Part shown: piece after piece, positions 51,197 through 63,960 of the stretch
Layout: every line of letters starts with the position of its first letter
Numbering within the stretch: the first letter of the stretch is position 1
Source of the DNA: Basidiobolus meristosporus CBS 931.73
Taxonomy: Eukaryota > Fungi > Basidiobolomycota
Assembly (NCBI GenBank): GCA_002104905.1
Contig: MCFE01000395.1
Span: 1-64,000 of the forward strand
DNA length: 64,000 bases
Reading direction: 5' to 3'
The notes under the pieces: generated by a model
Told to the model about the DNA's origin: nothing
What the model saw: only the letters and a program-made list of their open reading frames with translations
Databases searched by the model: none
Position numbers and translations under genes: made by a program

Positions 51197-54100
51197 TTGT
51201 TAAGGAAGGTCCCTGTTGTAGAAATATGTAATTCCACCTGAATATTCACCTAACTTAGTTGCTAAGTTTTACCTTCATATCCTAGAGAATACTGACCAAA
51301 TTCCTTGTTGGGATTTACTTAGAATATTTTCATCAAAATACCAGGTACCCAGAACATGAAAATTCTCAAAGTTGTCCAAACAGCCCCAAACTTTGCACAC
51401 ATGTTCTTGGGACCTTCCTTCATATATGCTATGTGCTTGTAATGCCACAACTATGTAAGCGTATAAATACCACTTTGACATTCAATAAATCAATAAGTGG
51501 GTACCACATAATCTACTTGTTCTACCAATCACTTCCAATATTGCCAACACTCTCACAACAGGTTATGAGCCCCAAGCTGTCACTCTCTGCCATGCAAACC
51601 ACAGCTATTACTGGAATTTTTCCCTCTGCTGAAAAGTTGGATGGATCTAACTACCAAGTGTGGGAGGTGAAGATTTAGATGCTGCTACAAGAAAGAGGCT
51701 CTAGGGATATTGTCATGAGAGAAGAATGCCCTACTAATGTGGGAGAGGAAGCCTTAGAGTACCAGAAGAAAGAACAGTGTGCCCTTAATTGCATATGCCC
51801 TAATGTTAAAGACAAATTGCTAACTCAATGCTCAAGCGCAAAAGTGGCAAAGAATGCCTGAAAGGCTTGAGAAGACACCTACCAGTCATGTTCAGCTGCC
51901 AAGAAGATGTATCTGAGACAAAAATACTTTACTACAAAGATGCTGCCGGGAGAAGAAATGAAAAATCTAATTAACAGAATTACCCTGCTGGTAGATGAGA
52001 TGGAATCTGTGGGTGTACCAACTGCTGATGAGGATGTGCTAGTTACCATCCTGAACAGTCTGAATGACAGGTTTCATGGCCTTGTATCAGCCCTAGAATC
52101 CAGAATGGAAGATTTGACCTTAAATTATGTATTTGGAAGGCTCCTGGATGAAGAATCAAGAAAATCCAGTGCCAATAAGAAGGAAGAAGAAAGTGATTTA
52201 ATATGCAATGTTAACCAACAAAGGAGGTACCCAAGACCTTACAAAGGCAGCAGCAGCTTGTTTTACAACTACTGCAAAAGGAAAGGACACACATCAGACT
52301 GGTGCTTTAAGAAGAAAGATATTCAGCAGAAAATGCCTGAATATGGAACTGCTGCAACATCTGAAGAGAGACTATTCATATCTGCACTAAATATGACTGC
52401 AAACAAGGATTCTCAGATGTGGTACATTGAATCTGGAGCATCTCAACACTTTAAATACCAAAAAGTACTTTTACCCAATATCAAGAGATTCCAATTAAGC
52501 AGGTTTTCATGGGTCACTATAGAACACTCAATGCAGTGGGAGAAGGAACAATACAAGTAAACCTAAGAAGCAGTGAAGGAAGCCATACACTGACCTTTAA
52601 AGAAGTACTCTATGCACTGGAAAGAGCCAAGAACCAATTATCTGTAAGCAAGGCCACTGCAGAAGGACTCAGTTTCAGCTTTGACAATTCTGGATTCAAG
52701 ATTACTGATTGAATGGTGCCTATATTGCTTTTGGTATCAGAGATCAGAATCTATACAAGTTGACTTATATTCCATCATTTTTGAAGCCAATATAAGTAAC
52801 TTATATGAAGTAACACAAATGCTTTGGCACAGGAAATTTGGGCACATCAATTTTGATTATATGCACAATATGATCAAAGATCAGCCAATTTCTGGAGTAA
52901 AAATTGATCCCCCAGCTATTTTGGAGCACTGTGAAGCCTGCATATATGGGGAACAAGCCAGACAATCATTCAGGAGCTTGGGGTTGATCAAAACTAAGAA
53001 AAAGTCAGATCTAATTCACTCATATTTGTGTGGACCTATGCAAGACTTATCCTTAGACAGGATAAAGTATTTAATCACCTTTATTGAGGATTATACAAGA
53101 TACACATGGGTCTACTTCATGGAGAGAAAGGAAGAAGCTCTGTCTAAGTTCAGGGATTTTAAGGCCATGGTGGAGAGAAAAACTGGTGAAAAAATCAAGA
53201 AAAATACGCACCAACAATGGTGCAGAGTATACCTTAAAACTCTTGATTCACATCTGCAAAATTCATGGGATAAAGCAAGAGACTACTGTACCATACTCTC
53301 CACAGCAAGATGGAGTAGCAGAGTGTACTAACAGATCCATAACTGACATGGCAAGGTCTATGATCCATGATCAAAAATTATCCTACAATTTTTGGGCGGA
53401 ATCAGTTGCCACTGCTCTATACCTTAAAAATAGGAGTTATAACAGAATGCTTTGTGATTCTACTCCATTTAAAGCATGGTATGGATACAAACCAAGTGCA
53501 GAACATCTAAGAATATTTGGGTTTGCAGCATATGCCAAGAAACTGCCTAGAAATCAGTCAAAATTTGAGCCATAAAGTGTTAAATGCATATTTTTGAGCT
53601 ACAGCAATGAGAGTAAAGCATACAGACTCTACAATACCAAAGCCAAGAAGCTGATCAAGTACAGGGATGTACTATTTGATGAAAATTCAACATTTTTACA
53701 AAAAGTGACATCAGATGATCACAAAAATCTGATCTCAAGTCCACCAATTGTCAGGATTGAATCAGAGCAAACTAATGAGAATTTTTTCACTCCAGAGGAC
53801 ACTACAACCATAGTTCAGCCAGAATCAGTGCCCAGGAATATCCCAGAAGTGATCATACCAGTATCAAATGCTCAGTGATCCAATTGGACAAAAAATAGTC
53901 CAAATTACTATATCAATGAGGGTATATACTTCAACTATGCCTATTCAGTACATATTGATGAACCCTGGACTGTGAAAGAGGCCCTAATTAGCCCTCAGAC
54001 AAAGTTTTGGAGATCTGCAATGACTGAGGAATATCAGGCCCTGATGGAAAATCAAACCTGTGACTTAGTTAAACTACCAATCAACCAAAAATTAATTGGA

Positions 54101-55026
54101 TGCAGATAGGTCATCAATACAAAATACAAGGCTGATGGTACAACCAAAAGATAGAAAGCAAGAGTTGTGGCCAAAGGATACTCTCAAAAAACAGGACTTG
54201 ACTATACTGAGACCTGTGCACCAGTAGCCAAGCTTATTTCCATCAGTTTAATATTAGCTATTGAAGCCAAATATAAGTTTTTTATTCATCAAATGGATGT
54301 AAAAACTGCATTTTTAAATGCAGAACTTGATGAGGATGTGTATATAGCCCAGCCCAATGGGTTTGTTGACCAAGATAACCCCCATTTGGTCTGCAAGCTT
54401 AAAAAGTCACTAAATGGTCTCAAACAATCACCAAGAGCCTGGAATTGCAAGACAGATTTTTATTTGGAATCTTTGAGTTTCAAAAGGAGTAATGCTGACT
54501 ATAGTATAAGCTATAAGCCAGATAGAGCCAATCCAGCTCTATTTGCTGTATATGTGGATGATCTTATTACAGTCACCAATAACATAAAAACATTGGAAGA
54601 GACTAAATCCAGCCTAGATAAGGAGTTCAAGATGTCCAATCTAAGAGGACTCAACTACTACCTAGGGATGAAGTTCTCCATCAACAGAAGTACCCAGACT
54701 ATGACCCTAAGCCAATCCAAGTATATTCAAGATATACTAAAGAGGTACCAAATGGAAGACTGTAAACCAGCAGCTACCCTAATGGAGACAAACCTTAACT
54801 TGGTCAAAACTTAGCCAAATCAAGAGAGCTTGGTGCCATCTGGAAGCCCTGACTTCCCTTATCAATCTATGGTCAGCAGTCTGATGTATATCATGCTTGG
54901 AACATGTCCAGATATCTCATTTTCAGTGGGAGTTGTCAACCAACATAATTAGAACTATGGATCTGATCATATTGCAGCAGTTAAGCAAATTTTTAGATAC
55001 CTAAAAGGAACTGCTGATACCTACTT

Positions 55027-58000
55027 TGTTACAAGTCTTGGTATAAGAGTTGTAGAGGTATAGGGAGTTTAGCCAGTAGTGTATTCTCTAAAACTTGAAC
55101 TAATTTTTATTGAGGTTCCAGCTGCTCCTTATATACATTTTGCCAGATCAATTGCTGACTTATTGTATTTCCTAATGTGGGTTGTGACTGATGACTCATT
55201 TGATCTCATCATCATCACCCAATAAGGTTCTACTTAATACATCCATTTCTGTCTGATAAGGATCTGCTGATTTATTTGCTGACTGATGCTACTGATATGA
55301 TAGATAATACTGATATACTGATAACCTAAACATATACTAATTGATTTGACTAAAAACTGATCCAACTTAAGCATTCAAGCGGCAGATCATATCATTCTCC
55401 CCTACCAAGGTTGAAAGGGTTCTCCTGAATCTCTTTTTGTGTGATACCAATATCTTGTTGGTTCAGTATTATCAGCAAGTCTTGCAAGCTTGAGTCTGTC
55501 CCTATGCACTAAGTCTTCCTGGGTGTTGCCTTGTTTGTCCACTAGTTGGTAAGTTGCAAATGGACATTCTCTGTTGATCTTAAATGGTCCTGTTCATTGT
55601 GGCTCAAACCTCTTTCAAGTGTTGTTTCTTAGCAATACAAAGTTCCCAACTATCAGTGCTGCTGGTGCTATAGTCCTATCAAATCTCTGCTTCATCTTTT
55701 CTGCACTTTGAGATACTTTGATCTGTGCCTCTTGACGTCTTTGTTACAGTTGCTGGTGTCTACTTGGCTGACTGAGTTCATCTTCTAAGGTGTCGGTAAG
55801 CCTTGGTTGTGTGAGATCTCCTGGAATCCTAGATTCACATCCGTACACTAAGTAAAATGGCAATTGCTGGGTGGTATTGTGTACTCTGACTCTGCATGCA
55901 AAGAGTGCTTGGTCTATATACTCATCCTATCTACTGGCAACTCCATTTGCATACTTGGTCAGCATTTTTCCAAACAATCCATTAAACCGCTCAGTGACTT
56001 CATTAGTTCTGGGATGATATGCTGAGGTTTTCATGTGTCTGATCTGCTGCATTTCCAGGTAAGCTTCCAATATCTTGGCCATAAAGTTTGCTCCTCTACT
56101 GGATAGAATCTTTACAGGGCATCCAAATTTCATAAGGATCTCATGGTAGATGAAACTTGCAACTTCTTGTTCACTGGCTATAGGTACAGCTTTAGCAACT
56201 GGCCATTTGATGGCATGGTCAATTGCTACTAGGATCCAACAGTTGCATTTCCTGGTAGTTGGCAGTCTTCCAATAAAGTCAATTCCCCATCTTTCAAATG
56301 GTCTTACAGGCTCCAAGGTAAAAAGCTCGGCAATTCTCTGTGGTTGGCCTTGGTTGATTTGGCAATTTGGGCATGTTTCACTAGCTTTTCAATGCCTTGT
56401 TTCATTCTGGGCCACCATGCTCTGGCTTTCACAAGGCTATAGGTTCCTTCAACTCCAAGATGTCCATATCCATTGTGTAGCTTAGTTATTAAATCCAGGC
56501 AAGAAACATAAGGGCAATAGGCAACAGGGCTTCCAGCAACAGTTTTGTAGAGTGCTTCATCCTGTACTATAAATTTGCTGGCTCCATCCCGGATTATCTT
56601 CTTGATATCTTCATCCACCTCATTAGGAATGACTCGGTCCTCCAAGTTCTTTGGTAATAGGCTGGGCCAATCTAATTCATGCACCAAGTTGAGTTGTGTA
56701 ACTTGTTCTAATCTTGATAAGGCATCAGCAACCGTGTTGTTTTTTCCAGGGCAGTAGACAATCTCTAAGTCAAATTGCTGAATGTATTCACTCCATCTTG
56801 TCACTCTTCTAGAGAGTACCTTCTGAGTAAATATATACTTGAGGGAGGCATGATCAGTCTTCACAGTGCATTTGACTCCTTTAATATAGCATCTCCATGT
56901 CTTCAAGCAGTGTATTATAGCAAGCGTCCCCTTCTCATGCACTGGATAGTTTTGTTCTGCTGAGTTCAGTTTCTTGGATTCAAAGGCAACAGGGTAGTTG
57001 TTTCCCTCATGTTCTTGACTCAACACTCCACCAATTGCATAATCTGAAGCATCTGTGCACAGAGCAAACTCTTTTTGGAAGTCAGGTATTCTTAAGCTTG
57101 GTAGTTTAGCAAGTTCATTCTTGAGTGTCTGAAAGGCAGTCACACAAGCTATGTCCCACTTATAGGTGTTGTCATTCTTGAGGATATCAGTTAAAGGGGC
57201 TGCAATACTTGCAAAGTTCTTGACAAATCTCTGATAATAGTGAACCATTCCAAGGAATGATCTGAGTTCTGATATGCTATGGGGCTGCTTCAGGTTGTTG
57301 ATAACTTCAACCTTCTTAGGGTCTAAGGTCACTCCTGTGCTAGTAACTATGTGTCCCAGGTATTCAACGTGTTCCTTGAAGAATTCACACTTGGCTTGCT
57401 TGCCATATAGCTTGTTCTCTCTTAGCTACTTTAAGACCTTTTCAATGTGCACCACGTGATCCTCTTCTGTCTTGCTGTATATCAGTGTATCATCCTGGTA
57501 GATTATCACAAGCTTGTCAAAGTACTCCTGAAAGACAGTCTGCATCATGGTCATGAATGTTGCAGGGGCATTGGTGAGGCCAAAACTCATGACTAAGTAC
57601 TTGTAATGTCCATATCTGGTCCTGAATGCTGTCTTACGGATATCTTCTGGCTTCACCATAATCTGGTTGTATCCTGACATGAGGTCAACCTTGCTGAAAA
57701 TAGTGGCTCCATTGAGTTGGTCCAAAAGCTCATCAATCCAAGGTATGTGTTGTAAGAGTCTTGGAGATATTGGAAATGATTGAGATGACAAGTAGATTAT
57801 GTGGTTTTCACTTAGTGATTTATTGAATGTAAAAGTAGTATTTATACTTTTACATGGTCTGGGCATTACAAACACATAGAATAGGTTAAGGAAGATCCCA
57901 AGAGCATGTGTGCAGAGTTTGGGGCTGTTTGGACAACTTTGAGAATTTTCAAGTTCTGGGTATGTGGTATTTTAGTGAAAATACTCCAAGTAAATCCCAA

Positions 58001-60288
58001 CAAGGAATTTGGTCAGTATTCTCTAGGATTTGAAGGTGATGATCTAAGTGACTAAGTTAGATGAATATTTAGGTGGAAATACAACTTTTTTACAACAGTA
58101 TGAGGTATTTATTTTTCATGGTAACTGAGTTGAGGGCTCTGTAGTCAATACACATCCTAAGAGTTCCATCCTACTTCTTCAGAAAAAGAACTGGTGCTCC
58201 CCAAGGTGACTTGCTGGGTCTGATATATCCTTGCTCTAATAACTGATCTATTTGTCTCTTCATCTCTTCCTACTCCAATGGACTCATGCTGTAAGGAGTC
58301 TTACTCACTGAGGGGCTATTTCCTGTGTCAATGGTATGATCTACATCTCTGACTGGTGGTAGGCTTACAAGTTCATCAGGAAATATGTCTGAATATTCCT
58401 TCAAAAGAGTCTGGACTTTTTGTGGTACTGGTGTAGAGGAGTCCTCCTATAATACTGCCATGAGGAACATCTGGGTGTCTTTTCTTGGTGCTCTACAGAA
58501 CTGTGTCTTGCTAAGTTCACTTGTTTCACACACACTGGAATTGACCAAGTTAAAAACCAGTCTGGCAGCTAATAGCTACCAGGTCTTGTTGTCCTTCTGT
58601 ATCTGAGTAGCATGGGTTCTCCAGTTGATGGATGGATTACAACAAAATAGCCAGGCTATCCCAATTACAAGGTCAAACTTGCAGTTCCCAAATATATAGG
58701 CCTGTAGATCTTCTTCATAGTTGTTGATCTTCATCCTTACTGGCTGAGTAATACAGTTGATTATGTGAGAGTTCCCATCAGCTGTTGAGACTGAAGTTGA
58801 TTTAGTGGGTTCCAAGTTGATTCCAGCTTTCAAAGCAAATTGTTCTGACAAGTACTTGTGCAATGCTCTGGAGTCAATTGTGATTTTGGCAGGTACTCCA
58901 TTGATTACTCCATTCAAGTATAATAGCTTTCCTGAGTTTGAGGTCATCTGGGAAAGGTATTCTACTGTCATATGGAAGGTGAGTTCTGAGTCTTCTTCAA
59001 GTTCATCCTCCATGCTACTTTGCTCCAGGGCATCATTATAGTTGAAGGTTCTTGATGGCTTGTGTCCATTACTTCTTTGAGGGCAGTACTTTGCAATATC
59101 ACCCTGCTGGTGGCAGCTGAAGCAAAGTCCTTTCTTCTTACATTCTTTTGAGGTAGGATTCTTCTGCATAGCATCTATTTCCATTGGCACTGTTTCTGAT
59201 TGTCTTCTTTCATAGAGATTGTAGCCTCTCTGATTAGTCATTGTGGGCTTCCAACTCCAAACATGGCTGAGTCATAGTCAATGGCAATCTTGATGGCTTC
59301 TTCAATAGTCTGAGGTCTTTGATAATGCACTTCCTTACAAGTTCTTTCTTTCAACCCATCAATAAAGCATTCAACTTGATCCAGAGGGTCCATTCTTTCA
59401 ATTTGTCTAAGTAGACATCTATATTCATAGATGTACTCTTGGACTATTCCTTTCTGTCTGAGTGTCTTCAGCTTTCTTCTTAGTAGAGTCTGCTGGTGTG
59501 GAGGTTTGAAGGCATCCTGAATATCTGGCACAAACTCATCCCAGGTAGAGATTGTAGAGCATCCCATCATGGTGGATGACCTGATCTTGTTGTGGTACCA
59601 CTGTAAAGCTGCATCTGCCAGGTAAGAGGCTGCATAATGTAACTTGCTTTCTGGAGCAATTCCCTTAGCCTTGAAAGCTTCTTCAATCTGGAAGAGCCAA
59701 GTTCTCAGGTTTTCATTGACTCTACGATGGTACTGGTTGACTTTCACACTAAAGTTGCTCTTGACAGGGTTTTGCTGGCTTTGGGCCATGGTGGTCATTA
59801 CTTGTTGTTGCTGCTGGGCCAGGATTTACTGCATAGCATTCTTCCATTCTTGATTTTCAGACATCTTGAGGGAGGCTTCTTCTTTCTTCAGGAGGGAGGT
59901 CTCTGGTTATTGCTACTACCAATGTTACAAGTCTTGGTATAAGGGTTGTAGAGGAATAGGGAGTTTAGCTAGTATTGTATTCACTAAAACTTGAACTGAT
60001 CTTTATTGAGGTTCCAGCAGCTCCTTATACACATTTTGCCAAATCAATGCTGACTATTTGTATTTCCTAATGTAAGTTGTGCTGATGACTCATTTGATTG
60101 CATTTTCATCACCCAATAAGATCCTACCTAATATATCTATTTCTGTCTGATAAGGATCTGCTGATTCATTTGCTGACAAATGCTACTGATATAATAGATA
60201 ATACTGATATACTGATAACCTAAACATATACTAATTGATTTGACTAAAAACTGATCTAACTTAAACATTCAAGCGGCAGATCATAACA
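55027..60288 (-). mobile_element. Gypsy-A4, decayed
   Basis: LTRs 55027-55394 and 59923-60288; 4-bp TSD ACTT; protease region present but mutated (ITIDSRA). Confidence 0.94.
57748..58097 (-). repeat. Copia-A solo LTR inside the Gypsy-A4 RT
   Basis: TSD GTATG at 57743-57747 and 58098-58102. Confidence 0.95.
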
Positions 60289-60865
60289 ACTTAAGATACA
60301 CTTATAAGAATTCAGAACAGGATCTGGGGGGATACTATGATGCTGATTGGGGACAAAATTTAGAAGACAGAAGATCCACCACAGGATACACCTTTCATTA
60401 CTGTCAAGGAGCAATTTCATGGAATTCAAGAAAGCAACCAACTGTAGCACTTTCTACCACAGAAGCAGAGTATATGGCAGCCTGTGAAGCTACAAATAAA
60501 GCAATGTGGCTAAGAAAGCTTTTTACAAATTTAGGCCTATGTCAAAAAACACCAATACTTTATTTCAAGATAATCAAGGATGTATACAATTAGGTAGAAA
60601 TCCAACGTTTTATGCTAGAGCTGAGCACATAGATATTAGACATGATTTCATATGTGAAGCTATAAAGAATAGCTTAGTTAGCTTAGTTTACTGTCCTACA
60701 GATGAAATGATTGCAGACATATTTACCAAACCATTAGCTAGAGACAAGATACAATATCTTAGGTCAAAATTTGGACTAGTCAGTAGGAGCATTTAACTGA
60801 GTGGGAGTGTTATAAAAACCTGTATTTCCACCTAAATATTCACCTAATTTAGTTACTTAGATCAT

Positions 60866-61597
60866 GTGACTTGTTCTGTTGGATAGTGCCACATTGTGCC
60901 ATGAGTGCCAAATGATACCATAGTGTGCCAGAGAGGCCAAGTGAGCCTATACCTGGCCACAGAGTGTGAAACATAGATCTGCATCTTCATGCAAAGCAGC
61001 CCCTGTGCTTCACCTATGATGCAGGAGAAAATCCATTTTTGACGTTTTTTTGTGGATCAATATTGTGCAGGATGTGTAAGACCACTAAAGGATTGAAGAT
61101 ATACATCTGGTACTCAATACTCATGGCACTCTGAATCTAGCTCCTGTGGCTTGTTTCATGTCATAAAATGCATGGCACTATCTTGGTCCACTGGTACTAT
61201 CTGGCACTATATTTAAATATTACCCCTAAAGTAAGATCAATACAAAGCACTTATAGAGCCGGATAGTACCAGTGGACCAAGATAGTGCCATGCATTTTTG
61301 TGACATGTTACAAGCCACAGGAGCTAGATTCAGAGTGCCATAGGTATTGAGTACCAGATGCATATCTTCAATCCTTTTGTGCACTTACACATCCTGTACA
61401 ACATATACCTAAAAAAAAAGGTCAAAAATGGATTTTCTCCATCACAATGTGTGAAACACAGAGGCTGCTTTGTATGAAGATGCAGAGCTGTGCGGCACAC
61501 TCTGTGGCCAAGTGTAGGCTCACTTAGCCTCCCTAGCACACTATGGCATCATTTGGCACTCATGGCTCAATTTGGCACTATCCAACAGAACAAGTCT
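60866..61597. mobile_element. Fold-back MITE (~730 bp; ~340-bp inverted arms, ~45-bp spacer)
   Basis: GACTTGTTCTGTTGGATAGTGCCA...TGGCACTATCCAACAGAACAAGTC. Removing it plus one AT restores the LTR sequence TAGATCATTACCTTC. Confidence 0.9.
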
Positions 61598-62399
61598 ATT
61601 ACCTTCATATCCTAAAGAATACTGACCAAATTCCTTGTTGCAATTTACTTAGATTATTTTCACCAAGATACCAAGTACCCAGAACATGAAAACTCTCAAA
61701 GTTGTCCAAACAGCCCCAAACTTTGCACACATGCTCTTGGGACCTTCCTTGACCTATTCTATGTGCTTGTAATGCCAAGACCATGTGAAAGTATAAACAC
61801 TACTTTCACATTCAATAAATCAATAAGTGAAAACCACATAATCTACTTTCTCTCTCAATCACTTCCAATATCTCCAAGACTCTGACAACAGTCCCAGGAA
61901 TATGTGTGGAAAGTTTGGGGGCTTTTGGACAACTTTGAGAAAGATCATGATCTGGGTACCTGATAATTTGGTGAAAATATTCTGCGTAAGTCCCAACAAG
62001 AAATTTGGTCAGGACAGAATGCCAATCCACAAATAAGAGCTATGTGACTAAGTTAGCATGAATATTTTGGTGACAACTTAATAATTACAACACTTCCACT
62101 CAGTAAAATTCTCATGAGTGAAAACTACATATTGCGAGTGCGCAATCTGTAATAAGCATATAAGACTTAGCTGTGTTGCATACAGGACTAATATATTATC
62201 CAACAGTATGTGCATTTGTGTTCAAATTACTTGAACAAGAAAAAACTAGTAACTAAGTGTGCATATCTACTTAATAGTATGCCTAATAATCAGAATGATC
62301 TGATCAAAAAACTAATCAATAGTTTTGATCAGTTGTACAAGAGTGAATAATGCCCTAAGTCTGATTGTCAGTCTGTAATACTGATATATAGCCTCTGGG

Positions 62400-63960
62400 T
62401 TATCCAATGCCTTTTATTTGAGCAAAATTGACCCACCTTTGGTCAAGTAAGGTTTTGTCATTTATGACAGATCTGGAGTTTCCTTATTTCTGGGCAAAAG
62501 TCTAGTTCACTTAGACAACTTCATTGTATGTCCATATTTGGCTCAGGGACAGTTACTTCCATCATATAGACTCTGTATGAGGTAAAAGATATGACCTATG
62601 TTGGGCCCAGTTAGAGTTTTGTCATTTACACCTGATCCAGATTATCCTCATTTCCTGGCACAGTTGCACATACAAACATAGCCAAAAAAAGATTTTTGCT
62701 CAGCTCCAAGCTGGGATGGCCTGCTCCCACTTGAGCAATGTCTGTTTAGTGATTGAGATCCACAAAAATGATCAAGAGTGGTCATCTTTGTCTTCCTTAA
62801 GTAGCAGTACTTTCTTTGGACTGATTACTTCATTTGCAGTATATTCAAAGTCCACTTGCTTCTTAATTTACCCAGCTTGGTATCAGAAAGGTACCATTGG
62901 TTGTTTGGTAGCTATTTTTAGAGTGCTTCTACCAATTTGGACTAATACAGCTGCTTTTGTCTTATCAGAATATACTTTTAGAGTAGATACAGGCGCTTTT
63001 TGAGAAGTGAGATTCTCCTTAACAAGGGCTTTGATAATCCTTTTTCTCCTGATAGTTATTTTCAACCTTGAGCTTGGTTTGCAAGGCTAACTAATCTTCT
63101 CAGTGTCTTCAGAGCTCATAAAAACCATCTGATTGATGCTGGCACCTTTTTCTTTCAGATCCTTAGACAGCAGATGTCAAGACCTCTGCATTAAATAATC
63201 TGCCCTGATATATACTACAGTATCTAACAGATGCTGTTGAAGTTTCAGTGCTCTTCTGGGGTTTCTAGTGTGAGAGCTTCATACAAGAGGCTCCATGGAT
63301 CATACCTGCATTACCAGATAGTCCAAATATAGCCTACATAGGCTTTGGTTCCATTTAGAAAGTACCTTGATTTGTGGCAGTAGTATTTTCCCATTTTTCT
63401 TCTTTTTCTTTTTCTGCTGATGATCCAAAGGTAAATCCTTTTGTGGGATAGTTCTGGACTTCCTTACAGGTGGGACCACTGTGTGTTTGAGCATGGAAGA
63501 CCTCATGACATCATTTGTCCAGAATATTTGACTATTTGAGAGTAATAGAGTCAAAAGCAGCATCCACACATATCAACCATAACTTTTGGTAGAGTTGTCC
63601 AAATTTGATTAAATAAACTGCATTTGCAAGCTAGTCTCATCAGTGCTTATGTATCAGATTGCAATATATCAGATTCTTGAGTTGCAGAGCTCAGCAGTGA
63701 CTGGATCAATCACAACACTTCTGATCTGATCCAGAGAATCAAATGTCACCAAGTGTTTCTCCCACTGTAATAAGTGATACATATATAACAAGTATAAGTA
63801 CTATGTTATCTTCTGAGCTGCTTGCAGCTGTATGCTGGCCAACTGTTGCTTGGTTGTAAACTCTAATCAGGCTTGTAATCATTTGCTTCACTTGCTCTGG
63901 GTAGTGGTAGAATCTTCTGGAGTTGATTTTGCTAAATTTGTAAAATACTTTCTCCCACTG
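62400..63960 (-). other. Unassigned, heavily decayed coding-like sequence
   Basis: Short ORFs 62883-63065 and 63300-63569, K-rich; no family motif recognised. Confidence 0.25.

Larger units (their letters stand above)
51214..61890 (+). mobile_element. Copia-A2, decayed, carrying Gypsy-A4 and the MITE
   Basis: 5' LTR 51214-51560, PBS 51561-51572, 3' LTR 60808-61890 (split by the MITE); TSD GTCCC; RT/RNase H rejoins across 55026|60293. Confidence 0.94.
50709..62092 (-). repeat. Old Copia-A-related 3' LTR split into 50709-50848, 51197-51213 and 61891-62092
   Basis: The pieces rejoin to a diverged Copia-A-like LTR (TGTTG...ACAACA) followed by the PPT complement CTTCCACTCAG. Confidence 0.7.

Noticed and set aside
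60866-61597. Structured ncRNA gene or CRISPR-like array
   Set aside because: The TSD inside an LTR and the shared TIR explain it as a MITE; there is no repeat-spacer pattern.
62530-62580. Possible CCHC knuckle (AKYGHTMK)
   Set aside because: The cysteine spacing does not fit, even allowing for a stop.
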